This document shows, piece by piece, positions 38,030-53,960 of a DNA stretch of 64,000 nt (within the stretch, counting starts at the first letter, position 1; each line of letters opens with the position of its first letter). The notes beneath the pieces are model-generated. The model did no database searches and was not told where the DNA came from. It worked only from the letters and a program-made list of their open reading frames with translations. This DNA comes from Candidatus Eiseniibacteriota bacterium (GTDB lineage: Bacteria > Eisenbacteria > RBG-16-71-46 > CAIMUX01 > VGJL01). The stretch covers positions 896,001-960,000 of the forward strand of contig CAWBWI010000001.1 in assembly GCA_963792585.1 (NCBI GenBank). The letters are read 5' to 3'. The translations under genes were made by a program, and so were the position numbers.

Positions 38030-38284
38030 TCATCCCTCGAACATCACGTATTCGAGACGCCAGAGCATGTCGGTCGAATCGAAGCAGAGTTGATAGACGT
38101 CGCCCGTGTCCGCGGTGACCGAAAAATAGCATAGCCGCCGGGCACCGCGGCTGTCCTGCCAGCGCGTGTTGACCGCGCTCACCTTGCGGACTTGGGTTCC
38201 CCGCCGGAACGCCAAGGGGGTGATCGTTCCCCCTTGGAAGTCGGCGCGGACCTTCACGGCCTCGTCGATCGGCTCCCAGCGCAT
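38030..38284 (-). CDS. Small SOS-associated protein (DUF6504-like)
   Basis: 84 aa MRWEPIDEAVKV..P.AF..W..YFSV..YQL.FD..WRL, immediately downstream of lexA. Confidence 0.6.
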   Translation of the reverse strand: MRWEPIDEAVKVRADFQGGTITPLAFRRGTQVRKVSAVNTRWQDSRGARRLCYFSVTADTGDVYQLCFDSTDMLWRLEYVMFEG

Positions 38285-38321
38285 GGCATGCCTCGCGGGG
38301 CTTGTGGTTCGGTCGCGCCGA

Positions 38322-38925
38322 TCAGTATCGGCGTAGCATCGCGACGACCCGGCCTGCGATCCGCAGATACGGGTCTTTGTGGGCGAAGCGCATCGGCTTG
38401 TATGCGGGATTGGCAGGACGCAACTCGATCCCGTCGCGGTGGCGGAGAAGCGTTTGACCGTGGCTTCCTGCTCTTCGCCGACGTAAGCGACGACGAGTTC
38501 TCCGCAGGCGACCTCATCGCGGATCTCGACGATCGCGAGGTCCCCTTCGTGGATCCCTTCCTCGATCATGCTGTCGCCCACGACACGGACGGCGAAGCAG
38601 CGTTCGCCGCCGAGCTTGTCCCAGCGGATATGGTCCTCGATGTTCTCGACCGCCGTGATCGGGCTGCCCGCCGCGACCCGGCCGACGACCGGGACGCCGT
38701 GATCGAATCGAAGCGAGTCGGCCGGCGAGTAGTGACGACCTCGCCGCTTCAGGACCCCCTTCGCCGCCAGCGCCTCGAGGTGCTGGCTCACCGTCGCCGG
38801 GGAGCTCAGCCCGAAGTGGGCCCCGATCTCGCGGTAGGAAGGGAATCGCCCATCCTGCGCGATCGATGAAGTTCAGGATGTAGTCGAGGATTTCCCGTGC
38901 TGCCGGTCGGTCCAATGCGTCGCAC
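38322..38925 (-). CDS. lexA: LexA repressor (apparent frameshifts)
   Basis: REILDYI, PSYREIGAHFGLSSPATVSQHLEAL, GRVAAG cleavage site, GDSM (Ser), ATVKR (Lys), LRPANPAY, GRVV across frames. Confidence 0.9.
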
Positions 38926-39026
38926 GCGCGCCTCCTCTCGGAAGGGCACCGGGCGGAACGCCGTTGCGTCGGGGGGACAGCAGTGGGCCGGCATCCCCGC
39001 CCGGTTCCGGTTCAGGATCCGAGAGA

Positions 39027-39056
39027 AGCCTACCGAACGCGCGTTCGCTTCGTCAA
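39027..39056 (-). promoter_or_regulatory. lexA promoter with LexA box CGAAC-GCGC-GTTCG (39034-39047)
   Basis: TTGACG-N18-TAGGCT with the palindrome inside the spacer. Confidence 0.85.
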
Positions 39057-39065
39057 GCGCTTTTT

Positions 39066-39948
39066 TCAGGAGGCGATCGATTTCGTCCGCGATGGCGCGC
39101 TCCGCGTGGTAGGAGGAACGTACGAGCGGACCGCTCTCGACGTGCCGGAAACCGATCGCACGGGCCGCGACCCTGTAGCGCTCGAACTCATCGGGTGGGA
39201 CCCAGCGCGCGACCGGGAGGTGCGCAGCCGGTCGGCTGCAGGTACTGCCCGAGCGTCGACGATGTCGCACCCAACCCCGCGCAGGTCTCTCAGCACCGAG
39301 GACCTCGTCCTCGGTCTCGCCGAGACCGACCATGAGGCTCGCACTTCGTGATGAGGCCCCGGCTCTTCGCGCGCGAGAGGACCCAGAGGGAACGCGCGTA
39401 CTTCGCCTGCGGACGGACCTTCCGGTAGAGGCGGGGGACCGTCTCGACGTTGTGGTTCAGAATGTCGGGCTGCTCGTCGAGGACGACGTCGAGCGCCTCG
39501 CGGTTCCCCATGAAGTCGGGAATCAGCACCTCGACCGAGACCCCGGGACTGCGGCGCCGGATCGCGCGAATCGTGGCCGCGAAGATCGAGGCGCCCCCGT
39601 CCGCCAGCTCGTCCCGGTTGACCGAGGTGATCACGGCGTGGCGGATCGGCATCGAGGCGACCGCCTCCGCCACCCGCTCCGGCTCGTCGCGGTCCAGTTC
39701 CGTCGGGCGGCCGGTCTTGACGGCGCAGAAGCCGCACCCCCGCGTGCAGACGTCGCCGAGGATCATGAAGGTCGCCGTGCCGGCCCCCCAGCACTCGCCG
39801 ATGTTCGGACATCGCGCGCTCTCGCAGACCGTGTGGAGGCGGTTGCCGCTCACGATCGCCGCGCGTGTCGGCGAAGGTCCCGTGCTGCGGCAGGCGGACC
39901 TTCAACCACTCGGGCCGGCGGCGCGTGTCGGGTACCGATCGCGCTCAT
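39066..39948 (-). CDS. lipA: Lipoyl synthase (frameshifted; 3' end approximate)
   Basis: [45 protein letters not shown]. Confidence 0.9.
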
Positions 39949-39957
39949 CGCGCTTCC

Positions 39958-41417
39958 TCAGGGAAGGTCCATCGTCTCGAGGTGGTGCGCGACGCGCTCG
40001 ACGAACGCGCCCCCCATCGCCCCGTCGACGAGCCGGTGGTCGTAGGAGAGACAGAGGTACATCATGTCGCGGATCGCGATCGCATCGTCACGCACGACCG
40101 GCCGCTTCTGGATCGCGCCGATCCCGAGGATGGCGACCTGCGGCTGGGCGATGATCGGGATGCCGAAGAGCGTGCCCACGGTTCCCATGTTCGTGATCGA
40201 GAACGTCCCGCCGGAGACCTCGTCGGGCTTCAGCGTTCTTGGAGCGGGCCCGCGCCGCGAGATCGTTGACCGCGCGCGCGAGCCCGAGGAAGTTCAGCGT
40301 ATCGGCTCCCTTCACGACCGGAACGATCAGGCCGTAGTCGGTCGCGACCGCCATGCCGATGTTGATGAAGCGCTTGACCAGGATGTTCGTGCCGTCGATC
40401 GACGCGTTGACGAACGGGAACTCCTTGAGGGCGCGCGACGGCGGCCTCGACGAAGAACGGCGTGTAGGTCAGCTTGAAGCCTTCTGCGCTGCTCGAACGA
40501 CTCCTTGTTCGCCTCGCGATAGCGGACGATCCGCGTCATGTCGACCTCGGTGATCGAGGCCACATGGGGCGAGGTCGCCTTCGACCGCACCATGTGCTCG
40601 GCGATCTTCTGTCGGATGTGGTCCATCGGGACGATGTCGATCGGCCCCTCGGGCGTCGAGCGCGTCTCCGTCGGCGTGCATCTGTCGTCGCCGGCGAACG
40701 GCGCCGCCCCGGATCGGCGGCGCAGGAGGCACGTTCGGCGCGGTGCACTACGCGCACGGACAGGCTCGGAAACGACCTGCGGTCCTGCCGGGCACCGCGA
40801 CGGGCCCCCCCTTCCGATTCTCGACAAAGGCGATGCGAGGTCGTCCTTCGTGAGCCGCCCTCCCAGCCCCGTGCCCGCGATCTGCCCGCAGCTCGGCAGC
40901 GGAGACCCCCTCGGCTCTGGGCGATCGAGCGGACGAGCGGGGAGTAGAATCGACCGGCCTCATCCCGCGGCCGGGATCGGACCGGCGCGGCGGCCGGCGG
41001 CGGAGTCGCCGGAGCCGACTACCGGCGCTGCGGGCTCGGGTGCCGCCGCGCGGCGGGTCGCGGGAGCGGGAGCGGCGTAGGCGCGGCCGGTTTCGCCGCC
41101 GGCGGCAGGCGCTTCCGCCGGGCTCACGGCGATTCCCCGGACACAGGCGCTCCGCGGGCGCAGCCGCGGCCGCCGCTGACATCCGTCTCGATGTGCGCAA
41201 CCACCTGCCCGACCGGAACCGTCTCCCCTTCGGCCGCCAGGATCGCGACGAGCTTCCCCGCCGCGGGCGAGGGGATCTCCGAGTCGACCTTGTCGGTCGA
41301 GATCTCGAGGATGTTCTCGTCCTTCTCGACGAGGTCGCCTTCCTTCTTCAGCCACTTGAGGACGGTCCCCTCCGCGATGCTCTCCCCCATCTGGGGCATC
41401 ACCATCTCGACCTTCAT
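39958..41417 (-). CDS. 2-oxoacid dehydrogenase E2 acyltransferase (frameshifted)
   Basis: Lipoyl domain [43 protein letters not shown]. Confidence 0.9.
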
Positions 41418-41489
41418 GATCCATCCCTCCTGCCGATCGGTCCGCGCGACCTGCCGGCTCGCGGCCGTACTCCCGCGCGGGTGGCGCGG

Positions 41490-43601
41490 TCAGTACGCAG
41501 CGAGCCTTCTCAGCGCCGTCCAGCAGGTGCCGTTCCTGCGGCAGCACCTCCGCCTCCAGAAACCAGTTGTACGGCACCGGGGCAATCGGCCGCCCCGAGC
41601 CGCACGCACCGGCGCATCGAGCGACTCGAACGCCTCCTCCGCGATCGTCGCGGCGACCTCGGCGCCGAATCCGCCGGTGCACGAGTCCTCATGCGCAACG
41701 AGCACCCGTCCCGTCTTCGCGACGCTCGTCGAGCACGGCCTCCGGCGTCCCACGGCAGGAGGGATGCGCAGGTCGATCACCTCGACCGACACGCCTCGCG
41801 CATCCATCTTCGCCGCGACGTCGAGCGAACGCTTCACGAGCGCGCCGTAGGTCACGATCGTGAGGTCCGTCCCCTGCCGCGCGATCGCGCGCGCGACCGA
41901 GGGGCAGGAGGAAGCCGTCGTCCGGTTCCGGCGACGCGGCGTAGATCTGCCGGTAGAGCCCCTTGTGCTCGAGGAAGAGGACCGGATCCTCGCCGCGGAT
42001 CGCCGACTTCAGGAGCCCCTTCGCGTCGGCGGCGTTGCTGGGATAGACGACGTAGAGGCCCGGGAAGTGCGCGAATGTCGCCTCGATGTTCTGGCTGTGG
42101 TAGAGGGCCCCGTGGATGTAGCCCCCAACGGGCACGCGCATGATGACCGGCGACGTCCAGTTCCCGGCCGACCGGTAGCGCATCGTCGCCAGCTCGTTGC
42201 GAATCTGGTTCATCGCGGTCCAGATGTAGTCTCCGAACTGGATCTCGACGACCGGACGGTAACCACGGCAGGCGAGTCCGATCGCCGTTCCGACGATGCT
42301 CGACTCGGCCAGCGGGGAGTTGAAGACCCGGTCGCGGCCGAAGCGGACCGACAGGCCCGTCGTGGCCGTGAAGACACCCCCCTTGTGGTCCTCCACGTCC
42401 TCTCCGTAGACGACGATCGTTCGAATTGCGGGCCATCTCCTCGTTCAACGCATGGTTGATCGCGTCGACGAGGACGATCGGCTCTCCCGTCGCGTGCGGC
42501 GTCGAGCGCCGCGCCCGGCGGAGGCGACGTAGACCGTCGTTCGCATACACGTGGTGCATCGCCGTCGACGGATCGGGAAACGGGTTCGCCTCCGCATAGT
42601 CGGCCGCCTCGTCCACCGCCGCGCTTCACCTCTCCGCACGCATCTCCGCGGCCCGTTCGGCGGTCAGCAGCCCGCGCCGATCAGCTCCGCCTCGAGCTGC
42701 GGGATCGGATCGCGCGCGCGATCGGCCTCCAGCTCCTCCTTCGCGCGGTACTTGGCCTGGTTGTCGCTCGAGGAGTGCGGCAGGAGCCGCACGACGTCCG
42801 CGACGACGACCGCCGGCCCCTCGCCGCGCCGGCATCCGTCGACCGCCTCGCGCATCACCTCGTAGCGAGGCGACGAAGTCGGTCCCGTCGACCTGTGAAG
42901 CGGCGCAGGTTCGCGTATCCCGCGCACAGATCGTAGACCGGCTCGTCGTCTGCTGCGAGATGTGCACGCTGATCGCGTACTTGTTGTCCTGGATGCAGAA
43001 GATCACCGGGAGCCTTCTCGCGGCTCGCCCAGTTCAGCGCCTCGTGGAAGTCCCCCTGGCTCGTGGTCCCCTCGCCCGAGGAGACGTAGACGACCTCGTC
43101 GGTGCCCTCGAGCTTCGCGCCCAGGGCGCAGCCGACCGCCTGGAGATACTGCGGTCCCCGTCGGGCTCGACTGCGAGACGATCCGCAGACCGCGGTGGCC
43201 GTAGTGCGCCGGCATCTGGCGCCCGCCGCTCGTTCGGGTCCTGCGGCCTTGCGCGAGGAAGCGAGAGGAGGATCTCCTCGGGGCTCATCCCGAGCTGCAG
43301 GACAGAAGGCGAGATCGCGGTAGTACGGGTACGACCAGTCCTTGCCCGGGATCATCGCCGCGGCCGCCGCGATCTGGACCGCCTCGTGGCCGGACGCGCC
43401 GATGTGGAAGAAGCTCTTCCCCTGCTTGAGGAGGATCATCATCTTCTCGTCGAGTCGCCGGGTGAGCAGCATCGTTCCGGTAGACGGCGAGCAGATCGAC
43501 GCCTTCGGGCAGGGTCTGCCGGCCGCCGCGCCGCGCCGGCGCTCGCTTTCCCCCGCGATCTGGTCTTCGAAGCTCGCGCCGATCCGCTCCGTCCCCTCCA
43601 C
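41490..43601 (-). CDS. 2-oxoacid dehydrogenase E1, fused alpha/beta (heavily frameshifted; start approximate)
   Basis: [33 protein letters not shown] (alpha); [33 protein letters not shown] (beta). No second start seen between the halves. Confidence 0.82.
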
Positions 43602-44274
43602 TTGAGACCGCGCGTGCGGTCTCCACGATGCGCGCGAGTTCGGCCAGACGACGCCGTTGCCGGCGAGCATCGTCGCCGACCGTCGGAGGTGACGAGCCCG
43701 GTCAGCGCTCGATCGAGGTCATGCGACAACCGGCGATCCCGCAGGGCACGATCCAGGTCGAAGCCGGTGAGGTCGGTCGTCACGTTCAGCGCGAAGCCGT
43801 GCATCGTCACCCAGTGGCTCGCCTTCAGTCCGATCGATGCGAGCTTCTCCTCGCCGACCCAGACACCGGTCTTGCCCTGGATCCTGTCCGCCGCGATCCC
43901 CCAGCGCGCGACCGCGCGGATGATCCCCTCCTCGATCTCGCGAAGGAACCGATGGACGTCGTGGTGGAGCCGCTTCAGATCGACGATCGGATAGCCGATG
44001 AGCTGCCCCGGACCATGATAGGTGACGTCCCCGCCCCGGTCGTTGCGAACGAGATCGATTCCGCGCGCCCGCAGGAGCGGCCTCGGAGACGAGCAGGTTC
44101 GCATCCCTGCCGTTGCCGTCCGACCGTCACGACCGGCTCGTGCTCGAGCAGGAGCAGGGTGTCCGGACACCGGCTCCGCGGACACGCTGCAGCGAGGAGC
44201 CCGCCGCTGCAGGTCCCACGTCGCCGCGTAGGGCCGAGCCCGGCGATCGAGCCAGGCGACCCGCAGGGGCTCAC
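43600..44274 (-). CDS. lipB: Lipoyl(octanoyl) transferase (frameshifted; ends approximate)
   Basis: LLLEHEPV.T.G, DRGGDVTYHGPGQL.GYP, KLASIG, HGFALNV. Confidence 0.88.
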
Positions 44275-44292
44275 GACGCGCCGTGCCCGGCC

Positions 44293-48060
<3,768 letters not shown>

Positions 48061-48280
48061 CACGACAGTTTATCATCGGCTCCCCGCGCGGGAAAGGGCA
48101 CCTTCCAGCCCGTTTCCATCATGCCTCCCGCCGGGGGCGTGAGCTCCACCATCGGGAATTCGCCACAGACGTCGGCCACCCATGGCCGTCGGCGAATCGA
48201 CGGCCATCGATCGGGGCGATTCTGCTATCCTCCCCGGTTCATCTCAGGACCTTCCGCCGCGGGTCCGATCGGAGGTACAG

Positions 48281-49767
48281 ATGAGAATGCGCCTTTTGCT
48301 CCCCATCGTCGCGATCGCCGCGCTCGGCTTCCCCGCTGCGGCCCGATCTGCGGCCCTGACCACCGTCCGCGTCGCTTCGGGGCTGAGCCGGCCGATCTAC
48401 GTCGCCGCCCGCGCCGGGGATGATCGTCTGTTCATCATCGAGCAACGCGGCATCATCAAGATTCTGAAGAACGGCGCGATCCTCGGAACGCCGTTCCTGA
48501 ACATAGACGCCCTCATACCCGACATCTCCGGCAACGACGAACGAGGACTTCTGGGCCTCGCCTTTCATCCCGACTATTCCGCGAACGGGTTCTTCTACCT
48601 CGACTACATCAACATCTCGGGCGACACGGTGATCGCCCGCTACACCGTCTCGGCGGACCCCGATGTCGCCGATCCCACGAGTGCTGCGATCCTCATGACG
48701 ATCGACCAGCCATTCGCGAACCACAACGGAGGCACCCTTCTGTTCGGGCCAAACGACGGGTACCTCTATATCGGGATGGGGGACGGCGGAGACGCCGGCG
48801 ATCCCGGAAACCGGGCGCAGGACCCGGCGGTGCTCCTTGGCAAGATGCTTCGCATCGACGTCGACGGGGGCTTCCCCTACACGATCCCGCCAAGCAATCC
48901 GTTCGCGGGCCCTGGGCTCCCGCTCGACGAGATCTGGGACCTTGGTATGCGCAATCCCTACCGATGGGCCTTCGATCGCGCCACGGGCGACATGCTCATC
49001 GCCGACGTGGGACAAGGCGACTGGGAAGAGATCGACTTCGAGCCGGCGGGGAGCGGCGGCCACAACTACGGATGGCGCAGGATGGAAGGCAATCACTGCT
49101 ACAACCCGCCCACGGACTGCAACGACGGCACGCTCGTCCTGCCGGTGCACGAATACAGCCATGGCGGCTCGCCGTTTCGCTGCTCGGTCACCGGCGGACC
49201 CGTCTATCGCGGCAGCGAGCTCCCTGGATTCCAGGGCACCTACTTCTTCGCCGACTTCTGCAGCGATCAAATCTGGTCGCTGCGCACCGACGGACAGACG
49301 GTGACCGAACTGACCGACCGCACCGTGGAACTCGCCCCCGGTGGCGGACAGGCGATCGCGGACATCGCGGCGATTGGAGAAGACGGTCACGGGGAGATCT
49401 ACATTGTCGACCGTGGCTCGGGAACCAACGGCGAGATCTACAGAGTTCAGCTCCGCACGAGCGGGACGGGCGAGCTTCCGGGGAAATACCGATTCGATCT
49501 CGGCGTCTTCACCCCGAACCCGATCCGGGATTCGGGCCGCGTCGAGGTGCGGATGGAGCAGCCCGGGACACTCGATCTCAAGGTCATCGACGCGGGCGGG
49601 CGCAGCATCTCGCACGCTCGTCGAGGGCCCTGTCCCCCGCCGGGATCCACGCGATCGCATGGGACGGCAACGACGCGCAGGGCAATCCGGTCGCATCCGG
49701 GGCCTATTTCGTGCGGGCCGTTGCGGGGCGGGATCGCGCGGAGCGCACCGTGCTCGTTCTACGCTGA
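48281..49767 (+). CDS. PQQ-dependent glucose/sorbosone dehydrogenase-family protein with FlgD/T9SS-like CTD (frameshift near 49630)
   Basis: Signal peptide, ERGLLGLAFHPD, NHNGG, GDGG, GKMLRID, GMRNP, NYGW; C-terminal WDG....G..VASGAYF. Confidence 0.87.
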
Positions 49768-49773
49768 CCCTTT

Positions 49774-50073
49774 CTAGCGCCCGAGAGCGATGAGACAGAT
49801 GAAGACGGCAGCCAGGGAGAGGACGATCATCGGGATTCCGGGCATCGGCTTGCGCGTCTTGACCAAGCGGTAGGCGAAGAAGATCGCGAGTGCGCCTGCA
49901 AAGACGAGGTTGAGCCAGAAACCGGCGCGCTGCCCGCTCAGCGCGAGCACGGAGGCGATCACGATTGCCGCCCCGGCGCGGTATCCGCCCGCGAGGGAAG
50001 CCCGACTCCCCGCACGGCGGTAACCCAGAATCCCGCCGGCGACCACGAGGAGCCCGTAGAGAAGCAGAGCCAT
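49774..50073 (-). CDS. TMEM14 family membrane protein
   Basis: YGLLV..GGILGY..GSRASL.GG, K.MP. Confidence 0.75.
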   Translation of the reverse strand: MALLLYGLLVVAGGILGYRRAGSRASLAGGYRAGAAIVIASVLALSGQRAGFWLNLVFAGALAIFFAYRLVKTRKPMPGIPMIVLSLAAVFICLIALGR

Positions 50074-50121
50074 CCCGCGATGCGCATCGAAACCCCCTCG
50101 CGCTCAATCGACCTTCTACGG

Positions 50122-50151
50122 ATCGGGGCGGTCCTCATGGACCGCCCCGAT
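50122..50151. terminator. GC-rich hairpin after the C25 gene
   Basis: ATCGGGGCGGTCC-TCAT-GGACCGCCCCGAT, 13-bp perfect stem; no clear U-tract. Confidence 0.55.
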
Positions 50152-50179
50152 GGAGTGTCGCGCCGATTCCGGCTGCTGT

Positions 50180-53100
50180 CTAGTCCAGCAAGGTCACGGT
50201 CCGGACTTGGGTGAACCCCGGCGCCTTCATTCGAACGAAGTAGACCCCGGAGACGACCGGATGCCCGGACAGGTTCCGCCGATCCCAGTGCACCCTGTGG
50301 GTCCCGGCGGATTGCGGGCCCTCGGCGACGTTTCGGATCAGGCGACCGGCGACGTCGTAGATGCTCACCGAGGCCGACTCGTCGCGAGGCATCGTGAACC
50401 GGATCACGGCGCCGGCCCGCGCGGGATTCGGGAGGAGCGGATCGAGAGCGTACTCGAGCCGGGCCGGAACTTCCGGTGCGTCCACCGTCGGCTCCTGCAC
50501 CGTGATCATGAAGTCGTCCACGAGCGCTTCGATGAGTGAGTTCGGCGCCTGGTCGTCGGCAATGAACCGAACCTGGACCTGATCCGTGAGCGGCACGAAG
50601 GTCTCGATGGCAAAGCTCCGCTCGACGAAAGCGTTCGTGCTGGAGAGAGTTCGCTCCAGATCCACCCAGTTCGTTCCGTCGGAAGTGATCTGGACCGCCC
50701 AGGTATCCTGCCCCGGGTTGTTGCCGAGGTCGTTGGTGTACCAGACCCAGTAGGAGACGGTCGCGCCCGAGACCGCGTGAAGGTCGAACGTCGGCGACGT
50801 CAGGGTCGTTCGGCCGCCGTCGAGATCCGCCTCGCCGGCGGTCCCCCCGACCGAACCGTTCCCGGTCACGAAGCAGGAGACGCCCGGCGCGGCGGTGTGA
50901 TCGTCTTCCGGCTGGACCACGCTGCCGTTGTAGGTCGTCCCGTTCGGGTCGGCCAGGACCCAGAGCCCCGTGGTGGCGGTGTCATTCGAGGCCCCCAGCG
51001 TCCAACCGCGGTTCAGCTCGCAATCGTCCACGAAACCGCCGACCGCAACCTGGAAGTCGATCGATCCGGACAGACCAAAGTCGTCCACCACCGAAGCCGA
51101 AAGCGTCAGCACCGACGGACTCGGACAGGCCGGGCTGACCAGGACCTCGAAGGGCGTGAGCATTTCCTGGGCGCCGGCTGGAATACCCGCGCACTCCGCA
51201 GTGCCGCTCAAGATCTGGATCATCGGGTCGCCGGGGATCAGAGTCGCGACCGGATGCACCGCGTTCGCATGACCCGTATTGCGCAGTGTGAGCGAGATTC
51301 GGATCACTTCACCCGGGGCGACCCATCCGGTTCCGTTGCCCCACGGAGGAGCATCGTCCACGGCGTGCGTCGCATACCCCAGAATCGGCGCCGTCACGAC
51401 CATTGGGAATCCACGGTTCCAGTCGCCTTCGTTCGCATGAATGGCGAGATCGAGGTCCACGACATGGTTGTCCGGCGTGCCGGGCGCGATCACGATCCGG
51501 TAAGGCGCACCGCTCTGGACGATCTCACCGGCAGGGATGTCGCCGTAGGATTGCGTCCCATCCTGGATTTCGACGTACGGATCGTTGCCGGTGAGGACTG
51601 CGGTCACTCCCGTCGCCGGCGCTATGCCCACGTTCTTCAGGCGAATGGTCATCAAAACCGTCTCGCCCGCTTCACAGAGACCGTCGCCATCTCCTTCATC
51701 GACGTCGGCGACCGCGCTTCCCTCATACGTGACATAGGGGCCCGACGGCGGTAGGACCTCGACCGGCTCGATGGTCGGGATCTTGTTGTAGGCGCTGACG
51801 GTCAAGCTCAGCGTCATCGGCATCGTCGGGAGTGGATCCAGCAGAATCATTGCCGTGCCGAGGGCATCCGTGACGACCGAACCATACAGGATGCCATCGC
51901 CATAAAGAGCGCACAACGCGCCCGGGACCCCCACGACGCGGACCTCATATGAGGTTTGACCGATCAGGATGGTCCCGTCATGCTGAACGAGCATCGCCTG
52001 CGGCGTCTTGGTCCGCGCTAGAAGCGACGGATCCCCGAAGACGTGCCAGGTGAGGAACATGTCGGAACCCGCCGTGCCGGCGTATTCGTCCATCATCTGA
52101 CACGAACCGTTGAAACACAGCGCGCCGAAGGTGTGTTTCTGATCCCCGACGAGAAGATCGTCGCAGGCATCCTCCGCGCACATGGGCGGGTTCCATGACT
52201 GGTTGATCGAAGACATGTAGGTCCCGATGGCTCCGGTCGGATTCCCGTTGTGCGAGGCGCGGAGCCACGCTTCCGCGAACAGGTCGCCCCCTCGAACTGG
52301 CCGTTCACGCAGGCAACGCTGAAGATGAAGGGCAGCATGTGGTCGTTGACGAGCGCGTTGACATTCGAGTTGGAGAACCCGGTCGACCCCCAGCTCGTCT
52401 GCGATCCGTGCCCGCAGTAGTTGATGATGCTTCGGCCGTCGTTCAGCGCACTGGAGACCATCGCGGCGGTACCGGTTGGATCGTAGACCTCGTCGACCAG
52501 CGTGTAGCCGTAGTCGAGCAACTTGGTCCGGATATTCCCGATGTGCTGGTAGTCGTACTCTCCGTCGTCTCCAGGCCCCTGGTCGATGCGACGCCCGAAC
52601 CCCTTCGCATACCACAAGGCCCCCGCCGTCGGAGTCTTTTCATAGGCGATGGTTCGGGCGACCTGCGTCTGGACTTGCGCCACCGTCTCGGCCGAAAAGC
52701 GTCCGACGAGGATCGGCGGTACTTGTCCGTCCCCGCGAGCAGCGCGTAGCTTGGATCGGAGGATCCGCCCGCGGCCTGAAACGTCGTGATCTGCGCGCCG
52801 TCACCGACGAGCAGGACGAACGCCAGCCCGCCGGCGTTGTATTCCGTCTGGATCGCGTTCTTGATCGCTGTGGTCGTATTGCCGATGGCCGATACGTCCA
52901 GAACGCTTGTTGGAATCCCCTCCTGCAGTTTCCAGTCGACGAGCGGCTGGATAGCCCCCATGAAGTCTTGATAGCAGACGATGAGCATCCTGCCCCTCTC
53001 ACCCACGGGTATGTATCGCTCCATGCCGAAGTTGACGAACTGCCGCCGGTATATCGGCTCAAAGGCATCGACGATCATGGAGGGCGGTCCGGCCCGATCG

Positions 53101-53744
53101 ATCCCGTTGGTCATATCGGGGCCACCGGGCACGATCTCGATCACCATTCTGCGCGCCACCCGGAGAGTTCCATCCGATCCCCGCGTCTGAAACGGCAGGG
53201 CCTCGATCGTCATCCCCCTGTAGTCGCGCAGGATGTACGGACTGCTTCCCTGCGCGTGTGCGCTCGGGAACCAGTCGGTCGACCCGTAAGCCGCCCCGAA
53301 GGTATAGGGCACCATCGCAGGATCTTCCGTACGGAAGAGATTGCCCTTGGATGGAGCGACCGGCAGGTCCGGGTACTCCTCGTACTCCGCATCGAGCAGA
53401 CGCACCGCCATTCCCCCGCGGTCCGGGATGATCACGCTACGACAGACGTGCGGCAGTTCCGGCTGACCCACATCCAGCAGCCGGCTCTCTCCCGGCAACG
53501 AAATGCTGTAGTACGTCCGCCCGTCGATCGCGACCGGATCGGCGTCGAATCCCCCGATCTCGACGTCGAGAACGATCCGGTCCCCCGAGGACTCCAGCAC
53601 GCGCACGGCGACCGGTTCCCCGATGTTGGACTCCGTCGAGTACCACTTCGCCCCTGCCGGCGACGCCAAGATGGCGCATAGGATCATCCATCCCGAGATC
53701 ACGAACATCCGGGCGAATCGCGAACCGTGCCTCTTCCCCCTCAT
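50180..53744 (-). CDS. Peptidase C25 (gingipain-like), copy 2 (frameshifts near 52280 and 52590-52720)
   Basis: Propeptide, PYILRDYRG, LLVGD, INYCGHG, SVACVNG, WHVFGDPSL, Ig-like domains, CTD SGVYFVRM. Confidence 0.88.
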
Positions 53745-53829
53745 GGAATTCCTCCTGCGATGATGGCGGCGCATCTCACTCGACACCGGCCCGACGGGTC
53801 GGTCGTCCATAAGTAAATCTGCCGCATCA

Positions 53830-53858
53830 ATGCTATCATCATCAGGGAAACTCAACAA
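53830..53858 (-). promoter_or_regulatory. Putative promoter for C25 copy 2
   Basis: Minus strand TTGTTG-N17-TAGCAT. Confidence 0.35.
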
Positions 53859-53902
53859 GGAAGCGGAAGGCCGGGGTGATCGATCTGTTCTGTTGTCACA
53901 GA

Positions 53903-53933
53903 GAAGGCCGGGGGGGGAACACCCCCGGCCTTC
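53903..53933 (-). terminator. Hairpin between the two C25 genes
   Basis: GAAGGCCGGGGG-loop-CCCCCGGCCTTC, 12-bp stem about 27 nt after the stop of copy 1. Confidence 0.6.
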
Positions 53934-53960
53934 CGTGGAGGAATGCGCGTCGAGAAGGGG

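Noticed and set aside
38030..38791. Apparent LexA fusion to a C-terminal extra domain
   Set aside because: The LexA C-terminus (LRPANPAY..GRVV..RRY stop at 38322) is in another frame, so the fusion is a frameshift artefact.
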